Of a DNA stretch of 64,000 nucleotides, positions 1 to 7,434 are shown one piece after another. Location of the stretch: the IMG/VR virus record IMGVR_UViG_3300025280_000024, positions 1-64,000 of that record. One strand, written 5' to 3'. The notes under the pieces are model-generated. The model was not told the origin of the DNA, did no database searches, and saw only the letters and a program-made list of their open reading frames with translations. A program made the position numbers and the translations under genes. The DNA comes from a virus. Every line of letters starts with the position of its first letter. The first letter of the stretch is position 1.

Positions 1-174
1 GTGTGGTATCTCAACGGGAAACTGCATCGTGAAGATGGACCTGCTTTGATATATGCTGATGGAGCAAAAGCGTGGTGGCTCAACGGGAAACGACATCGTG
101 AAGATGGACCTGCTGTGATATATGCTAATGGAACAAAACGCTGGTTTCTCAACGGAGTACAGCAGCAACAATGA
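1..174 (+). CDS. 3' part of a repeat protein (22-aa WYLNGKxHREDGPA repeats), 5'-truncated by the window
   Basis: Frame 1 is open from base 1 to TGA at 172-174. It has 66-bp repeats encoding W(Y/W/F)LNG..HREDGPA(L/V)IYA(D/N)G. Confidence 0.8.
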   Translation: MWYLNGKLHREDGPALIYADGAKAWWLNGKRHREDGPAVIYANGTKRWFLNGVQQQQ

Positions 175-440
175 AACACAACAAAACCACATATGATGCA
201 GCCGAAAGGATCACAACCTTTCACTTTGAAAATGGTCGCACAATGAGACTGTGGAACGACACAACTCAACAGTGGTTTCTCAACGGAGAACCACATCGTG
301 AAGATGGACCTGCTGTGATATGGGCTGATGGAACAAAATCGTGGTATCTCAACGGGAAACGACATCGTGAAGATGGACCTGCTATAATTTTGGCTGGTGG
401 GTTAGAACTTTGGTATCTCAACGGAGAACTGCAGCAATAA
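171..440 (+). CDS. HREDGPA-repeat phage protein, paralog of the upstream gene
   Basis: Same 22-aa repeat; ATGA overlap with the upstream gene. Confidence 0.8.
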   Translation: MKHNKTTYDAAERITTFHFENGRTMRLWNDTTQQWFLNGEPHREDGPAVIWADGTKSWYLNGKRHREDGPAIILAGGLELWYLNGELQQ

Positions 441-655
441 TGAAAATCGAAGTTGGCGATATGATCCTAGGGGATCGTGATTATGGAATCATAATAAAGA
501 TCGAAGAAGAATGTGCAGAGGTTCAATGGTTCGACAAAGGCGACCATCAACGACAACGCCGACTTGAAACCCAATTTGGAACATGTTCCTACCGCATTGA
601 CGAACTCACAGACGCGATCGATGGCACATACAACAAGTTGATCAAGGCAAAGTAA
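440..655 (+). CDS. small KOW/SH3-like protein (MKIEVGDMI...)
   Basis: TAATG coupling at 438-442. VGD motif followed by GIIIKI..EVQW. Start reassigned from the ORF track (410). Confidence 0.65.
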   Translation: MKIEVGDMILGDRDYGIIIKIEEECAEVQWFDKGDHQRQRRLETQFGTCSYRIDELTDAIDGTYNKLIKAK

Positions 656-867
656 TGATAGGCAAACTAGTAAGAATCACTCGCGCAAGCATCGGCGTAC
701 CAAAGGGAACCTTGGGATTAGTCTTGAAAGCAAAAAAAACCGCCTGGAAACTTGAGGATGAAGCCGGGCCGCTGCCAACATGGATGACTTATACTGTTCT
801 TCTGTGTCAGCCCGAACATCGAGAAAGGCGATATATCGCTGAAGATCTTAAAGTGGTGGAAGTATAA
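655..867 (+). CDS. small KOW/SH3-like hypothetical protein
   Basis: MIGKLVRI...GTLGLV...EDLKVV pattern; coupled at both ends. Confidence 0.65.
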   Translation: MIGKLVRITRASIGVPKGTLGLVLKAKKTAWKLEDEAGPLPTWMTYTVLLCQPEHRERRYIAEDLKVVEV

Positions 868-1097
868 TGTTAGGCGTAGGAACACTTTTCAAATACAAGT
901 ATACTCACGGGAGTTGCGAAACGATGTATGGAGTAATTACGAAAAGGCGCGAACAGGAAAACTTAATAGAAATCCAATGGTTAGGTAAAAACTCGTCCTA
1001 TCCAATTTCAGATCTAGCGTTATTGAATTTATTGAAATCGGGTGACGAGAAAAGCGGAATCATCTACAATACGAACGAAAGAGTGAATCATAACTAG
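867..1097 (+). CDS. small KOW/SH3-like hypothetical protein
   Basis: VGTLFKY...YGVIT...IEIQW pattern; TAATG coupling. Confidence 0.6.
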   Translation: MLGVGTLFKYKYTHGSCETMYGVITKRREQENLIEIQWLGKNSSYPISDLALLNLLKSGDEKSGIIYNTNERVNHN

Positions 1098-1106
1098 TTA
1101 TAACGT

Positions 1107-1361
1107 ATGAGTATTTTCAACAAAATCGTTGGTTTCTTCAAGTGGTTTGGTCGAAAACTGAAACCAAAAGAAAAAACCAGATCACTAAATGAAGAAGAAC
1201 TACTGATGATAGGTCAAATTGTAAATACCAATGAAACCCTTTTTCAATTTGTCCTCGACCTTGCGACAGCGAGAGACGACGACGAAATCTTGGATGTTGT
1301 ACAAAGAGCAAAGCAGTGGACAGGCCTGTCCGAAGAACAACTTAATGACTATCTGCACTAA
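1107..1361 (+). CDS. hypothetical protein
   Basis: 84-aa ORF preceded by the ACTAGTTA motif (1093-1100). Confidence 0.6.
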   Translation: MSIFNKIVGFFKWFGRKLKPKEKTRSLNEEELLMIGQIVNTNETLFQFVLDLATARDDDEILDVVQRAKQWTGLSEEQLNDYLH

Positions 1362-1368
1362 AAAAACC

Positions 1369-1397
1369 TTGACAAAAACCCCCATTCATGAGATAAT
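1369..1397 (+). promoter_or_regulatory. sigma70-type early promoter
   Basis: TTGACA-17 bp-GATAAT with a TG extension and an A-rich upstream tract. Confidence 0.75.
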
Positions 1398-1402
1398 ATA
1401 GT

Positions 1403-1624
1403 ATGAACTTCAAGGAAGACACAATGGATGACCTATTGAAAGAAGCCCTAATTCTCGCAACCGAAAGCGGCGCAAACGCGGTCTTAATGCTTGAGAGAAT
1501 TGTGGACAGCGCCGAGTTCGACGAAGACACTGTAACTCTCGATCCCGAGGTTATGGATGAAGTCCGAAATTTCCTTCATCAATTCAAACCACTAATTGAA
1601 CCGACTTCCAATTACCTTCATTGA
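1403..1624 (+). CDS. hypothetical protein (alternative start ATG 1424 after AAGGAAG)
   Basis: ORF directly downstream of the promoter. Confidence 0.6.
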   Translation: MNFKEDTMDDLLKEALILATESGANAVLMLERIVDSAEFDEDTVTLDPEVMDEVRNFLHQFKPLIEPTSNYLH

Positions 1625-1635
1625 AAAGATTACAC

Positions 1636-1708
1636 GGGACGTTAGCTCAGTTGGTAGAGCATCGGGCTTTTAACCCGAGGGTCGAAGGTTCGAGCCCTTC
1701 ACGTCCTA
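1636..1708 (+). tRNA. tRNA-Lys(UUU)
   Basis: Cloverleaf: GGGACGT/ACGTCCT acceptor, TCGGG-CT-TTT-AA-CCCGA anticodon arm, GGTTCGAGCC T arm. No encoded CCA. Confidence 0.95.
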
Positions 1709-1730
1709 CTAACGAAACGAAAGAGGAACA

Positions 1731-1913
1731 ATGACTTACAGAGAACTATTAAGAGAACTTAGCGAACTTGACGACAATCGTTTAGACGACGATGTAGCGG
1801 CTCACCTGATCGAAACAGACGAGTTCTATCCAGTTCATTCAGTTTGTGTCGCAGTCGAGGACGAGTGTGACGTGTTGGATCAAGGACACTTGATCTTAGC
1901 AGTCGTAGCATAG
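1731..1913 (+). CDS. hypothetical acidic protein
   Basis: SD GAGGA; 60-aa ORF. Confidence 0.65.
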   Translation: MTYRELLRELSELDDNRLDDDVAAHLIETDEFYPVHSVCVAVEDECDVLDQGHLILAVVA

Positions 1914-1922
1914 GGAGAAATA

Positions 1923-2276
1923 ATGGGAATTAGAAGCGACGTAGGCATAGCCATCAAAAACGATGTATATGATCAACTACCAGTCAGAACAAAGTTGTTC
2001 ATTCAGGAACACTTTTCACAAGAAGATCATACTGAAGAAGGTGAAGAAGGTGGAAGGTTGTTTCATACTTCTGGTGTCAAATGGCACACCAGCCATTCAG
2101 ATATCTCGAACATTTACGAAGAACTTGAAAAGATTGACGAATGGGGCAACGGTTACTTGATCCTTGAAGGGTGTTATGAATACCCCGAGCACAGTGACAG
2201 CGATGCTGGTAACTGGTATGACAACCCATGGGGAATGTATAGGAATGTCGAAGTCAGTATAGATTGGAGTAGATAA
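1923..2276 (+). CDS. hypothetical phage protein (MGIRSDV...)
   Basis: SD GGGAG; 117-aa ORF coupled to the next gene. Confidence 0.7.
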   Translation: MGIRSDVGIAIKNDVYDQLPVRTKLFIQEHFSQEDHTEEGEEGGRLFHTSGVKWHTSHSDISNIYEELEKIDEWGNGYLILEGCYEYPEHSDSDAGNWYDNPWGMYRNVEVSIDWSR

Positions 2277-2488
2277 TGAGAACGAACGAAGATAGAGCAG
2301 AAGCAGCTAAAGAAGTGATGGATGTTTATGGCGAAAATGTAGGCTATGATCCTTCACGCGGGTTCGATAGCGATTCCATAACGGATCTACTGGTAGACCT
2401 GATGCATGCATTTGGTTCTGAAGTTGTCTTGAATGGCATCGATGTCGCTACGAGACATTACGAATATGAAATCAACTATGAGAGTTAA
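2276..2488 (+). CDS. hypothetical protein
   Basis: TAATG coupling; SD GGAG. Confidence 0.65.
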   Translation: MRTNEDRAEAAKEVMDVYGENVGYDPSRGFDSDSITDLLVDLMHAFGSEVVLNGIDVATRHYEYEINYES

Positions 2489-2503
2489 ACGAATATGAAC
2501 CGG

Positions 2504-2576
2504 CCGGGGGTAGTTCAACGGTTAGAACGAGTGGCTTATAACCGCTTAATGGCGGGTTCAATTCCCCCTCCCCGGA
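2504..2576 (+). tRNA. tRNA-Ile(UAU)
   Basis: CCGGGGG/TCCCCGG acceptor, GTTC/GAAC D stem, AGTGG-CT-TAT-AA-CCGCT anticodon arm. The T arm has one C-C mismatch. Confidence 0.85.
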
Positions 2577-2621
2577 TTAGAAAATGTTCGACAACACAAA
2601 CCATAAACAGGAGAAAGAACA

Positions 2622-2888
2622 ATGTGTAATGCAGAAGTAGTAGACAGATGGGTACAAGGCAACGAAGGCTTCACCCGTTCATTGCGAACAGATGGAAACA
2701 GCCTATATTCCTACAACCTTCGCATTGGGATCACTGGTCCTAATGAAGAGAAGATTTTATTTGATTTCACAAAGCCCGGCAAGAACTATAAGAGTCAAAC
2801 AACGAGTCAACACGTTGGCTTGGCTCGCGTGTATGCCGACACTATCCACCGAGGCGACAGCCCGATTGCGGAGGCAATGAGCAAGTGA
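2622..2888 (+). CDS. hypothetical phage protein
   Basis: SD AGGAG; contains LYSY and SQTTSQH motifs. Confidence 0.7.
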   Translation: MCNAEVVDRWVQGNEGFTRSLRTDGNSLYSYNLRIGITGPNEEKILFDFTKPGKNYKSQTTSQHVGLARVYADTIHRGDSPIAEAMSK

Positions 2889-3235
2889 AGAAGAAACCAC
2901 AGAAGTTCCGAAACCCTATCGCGTATTGCCTCGCAAAGCGCACTGGCAGCGGTTCGGGCAAACATCGCAATCGCGTTCAGGATCTTCGCAAGGGATCATC
3001 GCGTAAGTTGATGCACAAGGCTTTGATCTTTGCTTCTCTTTTGTTTTGCATGAATAGCTCTTCCGCAAATACTTTCATTGATCAAGTTGATGAAGGTTCA
3101 GCCCTTATCTGTTCTAACGATAGTGGCGAGTGGGTTTGCAAGCCGATTTCAGTAGAAGAAATCCGTGAACTTGGATATACCGACGTTGAAGGTTTGATAA
3201 TGATCGAACCAACTGAACTGGAAATAGAGAAATGA
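2885..3235 (+). CDS. hypothetical protein with a basic ArfA-like N-terminus and a hydrophobic segment
   Basis: RNPIA...KGSSRKLMHK followed by ALIFASLLFCM; GTGA coupling. Confidence 0.55.
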   Translation: MKKKPQKFRNPIAYCLAKRTGSGSGKHRNRVQDLRKGSSRKLMHKALIFASLLFCMNSSSANTFIDQVDEGSALICSNDSGEWVCKPISVEEIRELGYTDVEGLIMIEPTELEIEK

Positions 3236-3408
3236 AAGTCGGTGACTTGATAAGACACAAAGATGATCGACGCGATCAATTCTATGTGGTGATCGAAAAT
3301 AATGGCGGCATGACTAAGATAAAACACATAAAACATAGTTGGGAACACTGGTTGTATACAAGGACCTCAGAGGTCCAACAATGGGAGATAGTCTGTGAAA
3401 GTCGGTGA
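3232..3408 (+). CDS. MKVGDL KOW/SH3-like cassette gene (58 aa, not in ORF track)
   Basis: Hand translation MKVGDLIRHKDD...WEIVCESR*. Confidence 0.8.
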   Translation: MKVGDLIRHKDDRRDQFYVVIENNGGMTKIKHIKHSWEHWLYTRTSEVQQWEIVCESR

Positions 3409-3574
3409 CTTGATAAGAAATCCTCGCGCCGGCGCGCTATGGGTCGTGGTAGAAGTGAGCAAAGGCAAAAAATGGCGAGAGGACGGTTATGATATCCTAG
3501 TGATGAGTACCAAAACAGGTTACAAAATGTGGTCATCATCTGATTACTGTTGGAAGATAGTCAATGGCTCTTGA
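3395..3574 (+). CDS. MKVGDL KOW/SH3-like cassette gene (59 aa, not in ORF track)
   Basis: GTG start; KVGDLIRNPRAG...KMWSSSDYCWKIVNGS*. Close paralog of 3739..3927. Confidence 0.8.
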   Translation: MKVGDLIRNPRAGALWVVVEVSKGKKWREDGYDILVMSTKTGYKMWSSSDYCWKIVNGS

Positions 3575-3752
3575 GACAAAATGCCTGACAAGTGGTGCTT
3601 ACTTTCTCACCGAAGTCAATGAAAACAGCGTTTCAGTAAAAGTGGATCTTCCCTTTACACTGAACATGACCGAAGAAGAAGCAGAGTTGATTGAACGACT
3701 TATGCACAATCAATTGGAACTTATATTGAGGCCATATTTTGAAAGTCGGTGA
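3564..3752 (+). CDS. hypothetical non-KOW gene inside the array
   Basis: 62-aa ORF ending FESR* through the junction overlap. Confidence 0.65.
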   Translation: MALETKCLTSGAYFLTEVNENSVSVKVDLPFTLNMTEEEAELIERLMHNQLELILRPYFESR

Positions 3753-3927
3753 TTTGATAAGAATGGAATATGGCCGCTCACTGTGGGTGGTGACAGAAAT
3801 TTCGCCCGATTCGCCGGGATCTAACGGCATCACAAGTGGTGATATTCTAGTTATGAATACCAAATCAGGTTTGAAAATGTGGTCATCATCTGATTACTGG
3901 TGGGAGATAGTCTGTGAAAGTCGGTGA
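3739..3927 (+). CDS. MKVGDL KOW/SH3-like cassette gene
   Basis: TTG start at the junction; ends CESR*. Confidence 0.8.
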   Translation: MKVGDLIRMEYGRSLWVVTEISPDSPGSNGITSGDILVMNTKSGLKMWSSSDYWWEIVCESR

Positions 3928-4102
3928 TCTTGTGAAACCCAGCGACATGATCTGTTGGAGTGACATCGGTGTTATTATGAAAAGATTGTTATCGCCAACG
4001 TGGGAACTCGGCGGTTATGGCGATGTTGTTGTAATGTGGTCTTGCGGATCATATCGAGTGGCTCTTGAATCTAACTTAGTGGTGATATATGAAAGTCGGT
4101 GA
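3914..4102 (+). CDS. MKVGDL KOW/SH3-like cassette gene
   Basis: GTG start at the junction; ends YESR*. Confidence 0.8.
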   Translation: MKVGDLVKPSDMICWSDIGVIMKRLLSPTWELGGYGDVVVMWSCGSYRVALESNLVVIYESR

Positions 4103-4286
4103 TCTTGTAAGAGACAAAGATAACGACATTGGTATAATCGTCGAACTCGACGACACGGTGTCGGATCGCGTGGTTGTTTATTACGCGGCCTTGGGCGAAC
4201 CAGGTGAGCGGGCGACTCTGAACAACGAAGAGAAGTATCAATTCTTGTATGAAGATCAATTAAAGGTGATTTGTGAAGGTCGGTGA
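4089..4286 (+). CDS. MKVGDL KOW/SH3-like cassette gene
   Basis: MKVGDLVRD..DIGIIVEL; ends CEGR*. Confidence 0.8.
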   Translation: MKVGDLVRDKDNDIGIIVELDDTVSDRVVVYYAALGEPGERATLNNEEKYQFLYEDQLKVICEGR

Positions 4287-4440
4287 TCTTGTGAAACTCA
4301 AAGGGACACAACCGTCACAGCTGTATTTCGTCGGCGTTATTATGAAGGTGGGCGAAACATATTGTGATGTGGCGTGGCCTAATGGAAGAAGGTTAATGTT
4401 CAATCGACACTCCTTGGAGGTAATCTGTGAAGGCAAATGA
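4273..4440 (+). CDS. MKVGDL KOW/SH3-like cassette gene (55 aa, not in ORF track)
   Basis: Hand translation (M)KVGDLVKLKG...VGVIMKV...DVAW...LEVICEGK*. Confidence 0.8.
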   Translation: MKVGDLVKLKGTQPSQLYFVGVIMKVGETYCDVAWPNGRRLMFNRHSLEVICEGK

Positions 4441-4609
4441 TCTACAATCCTTAAACAACTTAATCGAACAGATTGCTATAATGAAAGAACGAAACTACAG
4501 TTTACTTCCTGAAATGTTAAATAACGAAGAAACATTCAAATCGTTAGAGAGAATACGAGATTATTTTCTTGACTCTCGGCGGCTTTTGTTGTATAATGGA
4601 GAAGAATGA
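4427..4609 (+). CDS. hypothetical protein starting at the degenerate junction (MKANDL)
   Basis: 14-nt overlap like the KOW genes; SD GGAGGT. Confidence 0.6.
   Translation: MKANDLQSLNNLIEQIAIMKERNYSLLPEMLNNEETFKSLERIRDYFLDSRRLLLYNGEE
4569..4597 (+). promoter_or_regulatory. sigma70-type promoter embedded in a CDS
   Basis: TTGACT-17 bp-TATAAT. Confidence 0.7.
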
Positions 4610-4839
4610 GTAATTACCTTCGCGAAGACCAAATCAAAGTTGGCATGTTAGCGAAGTCCTGCTCAAAACCGGACCCCAGTAAATTTTGGATATCAGGCGT
4701 TTCTGTGATTTTGTCTGAACCATTTGAAACCGTGTCGGCCGGGGTGAAGGGCTTAACAGTCAAACTCTTCTCACCGCGTGGAAAAATCGAATATCATAAC
4801 GCCAACTACTTAATTCCGGTGAAAGATGAAAGTCGGTGA
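4606..4839 (+). CDS. divergent KOW-like hypothetical protein
   Basis: Internal IKVGML motif; ends DESR* through the junction. Confidence 0.6.
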   Translation: MSNYLREDQIKVGMLAKSCSKPDPSKFWISGVSVILSEPFETVSAGVKGLTVKLFSPRGKIEYHNANYLIPVKDESR

Positions 4840-5002
4840 TCTAGTGAAAATAAACCTTAAAAGTCGCGACGACTGGGGCGTTGGAGTTATCGTGAAATTT
4901 GATAATACCTACTTATCGGATGTGCTCGTCGCGTGGTCGAAACTACAGGAAATGTGTTGGGAAATGTCCACCGTATTAGAGGTTATTTATGAAAGTCGGT
5001 GA
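4826..5002 (+). CDS. MKVGDL KOW/SH3-like cassette gene (58 aa, not in ORF track)
   Basis: MKVGDLVKINL...GVGVIVKF...VLVAW...LEVIYESR*. Confidence 0.8.
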   Translation: MKVGDLVKINLKSRDDWGVGVIVKFDNTYLSDVLVAWSKLQEMCWEMSTVLEVIYESR

Positions 5003-5177
5003 TCTAGTGAAATACAAAAGCTACCTTCGCGGCAGAGCCTACGAAAATACCTGTGGAACGATTGTTAAAATAGAATATTATGCAAAAGTGGCGTGGTGGG
5101 ACAAAGACAACTTTATTCCAAACCCGACATTTGAAAACCCAAGAGACTTAAAAGTCATTTGTAAAGGAGAACAATAG
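4989..5177 (+). CDS. MKVGDL KOW/SH3-like cassette gene
   Basis: MKVGDLVKY...GTIVKI...KVAW...LKVICKGEQ*. Confidence 0.8.
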   Translation: MKVGDLVKYKSYLRGRAYENTCGTIVKIEYYAKVAWWDKDNFIPNPTFENPRDLKVICKGEQ

Positions 5178-5498
5178 ATGTTCGTATTAGCACCAGAAGC
5201 AGACATTGCAGGAACAAGTTTTGGAGGAACAATAGAAATTGCTCCAACACGCTTAAATGAACTGTTCGGAAAACCAGAAGAAGGCGATTCATACAAAATA
5301 AGCGGCTTGTATATCTTCAAGGACTGGGGAGATAATGTAGTCACTCTTTATGATTACAAATGTACCAGTCTTTACGACAGTTACTACCCAGATCCAGAGG
5401 AACTGTGGAGCAGTGATGAACCATATGGCTTTCATATCGGGGCATGTACCAGCGAAATAGCAGAAAGGTTCGCAGCGATCTTGTCAGAGATTGATTAA
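5178..5498 (+). CDS. hypothetical phage protein
   Basis: SD AAGGAG; contains LFGKP...TLYDYK...FHIG. Confidence 0.7.
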   Translation: MFVLAPEADIAGTSFGGTIEIAPTRLNELFGKPEEGDSYKISGLYIFKDWGDNVVTLYDYKCTSLYDSYYPDPEELWSSDEPYGFHIGACTSEIAERFAAILSEID

Positions 5499-5530
5499 AT
5501 GAAAAGATCCTTTTAACACAATGAAAATGC

Positions 5531-5563
5531 GCTCGGGTGGTGGAACTGGAATACACAAGAGAC
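5531..5563 (+). pseudogene. possible 5' remnant of a tRNA-Leu-like gene
   Basis: GCTCGGG-TG-GTGGAACTGGAATACAC-A-AGAGAC resembles a Leu acceptor/D arm, with no T arm or 3' strand. Confidence 0.45.
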
Positions 5564-5595
5564 CATTTTTTCACTATGACTACTTTTATATATAT

Positions 5596-5679
5596 GCGAG
5601 AATGGCGGAATTGGTAGACGCAACGGGCTTAAAACCCGTTGTCCGTAAGGGCGTGGGGGTTCAAGTCCCCCTTCTCGTA
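5596..5679 (+). tRNA. tRNA-Leu(UAA)
   Basis: GCGAGAA/TTCTCGT acceptor, ACGGG-CT-TAA-AA-CCCGT anticodon arm, long variable arm, GGGGG-TTCAAGT-CCCCC T arm. Confidence 0.95.
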
Positions 5680-5721
5680 CTTTATAAGACTGAACGAGCA
5701 AAAATATAAAATATTTTTCTC

Positions 5722-5750
5722 TTGACTTTTTTCACATTTCTTGGTATAAT
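5722..5750 (+). promoter_or_regulatory. sigma70-type promoter
   Basis: TTGACT-17 bp-TATAAT with TG extension; ATG 6 nt downstream. Confidence 0.75.
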
Positions 5751-5756
5751 ACTAAT

Positions 5757-6101
5757 ATGAATAAAACACCTATCAAAATTATAGCCGTTCTTTCTTGTCT
5801 CGCAATCCAAGGTTGCCTGTTGGAGATCGGGCCGGTACGACCACATCCAAGCCCAGATGCCCCGTGTCATAGTGATTGGGATTGCCCATATGACACATAT
5901 TGTGAAATTGATGGATTCTGCTACAAACCCTCTAACAATATCGAATGTTATTCTGATCGAAACTGTCCAATGTTTACTTACTGTGGAATGGATGGTTATT
6001 GTTATCAAGAAGGTTATCGCCATTATGAATGCTATTCTGACTGGGATTGTCCAGTGGGTTATTTCTGTGCCATTAACGATGCATGCTATCTTATCCACTA
6101 A
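5757..6101 (+). CDS. cysteine-rich repeat lipoprotein-like protein
   Basis: Signal peptide with lipobox-like IQGC; three C-x-S-D-x-(D/N)-C-P-x3-C-x4-C repeats. Confidence 0.7.
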   Translation: MNKTPIKIIAVLSCLAIQGCLLEIGPVRPHPSPDAPCHSDWDCPYDTYCEIDGFCYKPSNNIECYSDRNCPMFTYCGMDGYCYQEGYRHYECYSDWDCPVGYFCAINDACYLIH

Positions 6102-6110
6102 AAGACAACT

Positions 6111-6305
6111 ATGAAAATGGGTGATTTAGTAAAAGTTTCTGATCGTCATGTAATTTCTTACTATGGTATTGGCGTAGTGATTAAAATCCTTGAAGATTCT
6201 GATATTCGTCTGAGGTTTGCAGACAGACGACCGTTGGCAAAAATTTATTGGAGCGTTCCACAAGAAGTACGAACGTGTTATATTCACACTCTGGAGACAC
6301 TGTGA
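6111..6305 (+). CDS. MKMGDL KOW/SH3-like protein
   Basis: GDLVKV...GIGVVIKI...KIYW. Confidence 0.75.
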   Translation: MKMGDLVKVSDRHVISYYGIGVVIKILEDSDIRLRFADRRPLAKIYWSVPQEVRTCYIHTLETL

Positions 6306-6511
6306 AAATAGGTGATCTCGTAAGGGTTAAATATCCGCTTCCGACGCACAATAATCTTTTGTATGCATATTGGGTCAAGAAGCTATCACTATCGAGTGTT
6401 CCCGTGCTTCTGTTATATTATGGAGGTATGGGAGGTTATTGTAAGATTTATTACGATGGACACGAGAGGCGTGTTAGCGAAGATATACTGGAGGTAGTCT
6501 ATGAACGATGA
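6302..6511 (+). CDS. (M)KIGDL KOW/SH3-like protein
   Basis: GTG at 6302 after GGAG; ends LEVVYER*. Confidence 0.7.
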   Translation: MKIGDLVRVKYPLPTHNNLLYAYWVKKLSLSSVPVLLLYYGGMGGYCKIYYDGHERRVSEDILEVVYER

Positions 6512-7235
6512 ACACAAGAACGTAACAAAATTTCTTTATCACGACAACATTGGTAGAATATCACTCGTGCAGCATTGGGGAACTGATGAAACCATCGTTC
6601 GTGCTGCACGAGTAAGTTTTGGACAACACAAAGAAATAGACGAATTGAGCGACAAGGACAAGAAACTGATCAAATACTTGATCAAACACAAACATTCATC
6701 AACGCTTGAGCATTGTGGTGCTACTTTCCTTTTTGTTGTTCCTCTTTTTGTTCGCTCTCAACATCATCGTCATCGTACTTGGTCTTACAATGAGATTTCA
6801 AGACGGTATACTGATGTTGATATTAAGTTTTATTCGCCTCAAGCGTTTAGAACACAGCATAAAAGCAATAGGCAAGCGAGCAATACTGGTGAGTTGATCG
6901 ATCCCAAATTGTCGTTTGACGGAACATCTGCCCTGTTTGAACCGCAACCTGCCTCGATTGTTGTGAAGGGTGCTCATAATGGTTGCTTGGAACTTTACAA
7001 TAAACTTATCGAAGCGGGAGTTTGCCGAGAACAAGCAAGAGGAATTCTACCGCAGAATATGTATACAACTTATTATGGCACAGTGAATCTTAACAACCTC
7101 CTAAAATTCATTCACCTCCGCATGCACGAAGGAGCACAATTTGAAATTCAGAAGGTTGCCGAAGCCTGTCTTGAGATTGCGACTGACCTTTGGCCTGTTG
7201 CTGTCAATTCTTATAGGAAAGTAAATAATGAATAA
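6501..7235 (+). CDS. thyX: FAD-dependent thymidylate synthase
   Basis: RAARVS, HSSTLEH and the ThyX signature RSQHHRHRTWSYNEISRRY, plus EQARGILP and AQFEI. Confidence 0.95.
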   Translation: MNDEHKNVTKFLYHDNIGRISLVQHWGTDETIVRAARVSFGQHKEIDELSDKDKKLIKYLIKHKHSSTLEHCGATFLFVVPLFVRSQHHRHRTWSYNEISRRYTDVDIKFYSPQAFRTQHKSNRQASNTGELIDPKLSFDGTSALFEPQPASIVVKGAHNGCLELYNKLIEAGVCREQARGILPQNMYTTYYGTVNLNNLLKFIHLRMHEGAQFEIQKVAEACLEIATDLWPVAVNSYRKVNNE

Positions 7236-7434
7236 AATAGAATTAGATGAAGATTACCAAAAAACCCTTGTGGTACTCCTTTACGAACAGGTTATGTCTC
7301 GTATAAACAAACTCAAAGACGATTTAGAAGAATACGGCGGTGTACACATTGGTTACACCAGAGAATTTTTTGATGACATCGCGAAAATAACTCAAAACAC
7401 TATTAAGGAGGAAAAAGATGAGCGAACCAATTAA
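7228..7434 (+). CDS. hypothetical protein
   Basis: Coupled ORF. Confidence 0.55.
   Translation: MNKIELDEDYQKTLVVLLYEQVMSRINKLKDDLEEYGGVHIGYTREFFDDIAKITQNTIKEEKDERTN

Larger units (their letters stand above)
3232..5002 (+). repeat. recurrent 14-bp junction NTGAA(A/G)GTCGGTGA (8 copies plus 1 degenerate)
   Basis: Copies start at 3232, 3395, 3739, 3914, 4089, 4273, 4826 and 4989. Degenerate copy GTGAAGGCAAATGA at 4427. Confidence 0.9.

Noticed and set aside
3232-5002. CRISPR array or integron interpretation of the repeated junction
   Set aside because: The repeat is only 14 bp and non-palindromic, and the spacers are whole ORFs of 150 bp or more. There are no attC-like hairpins and no cas or integrase gene in the window.
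1-5177. Diversity-generating retroelement
   Set aside because: There is no reverse transcriptase in the window, and differences between repeats are not confined to adenines.
5513-5709. 62-aa ORFs on both strands
   Set aside because: They overlap tRNA-Leu(UAA) and are spurious.
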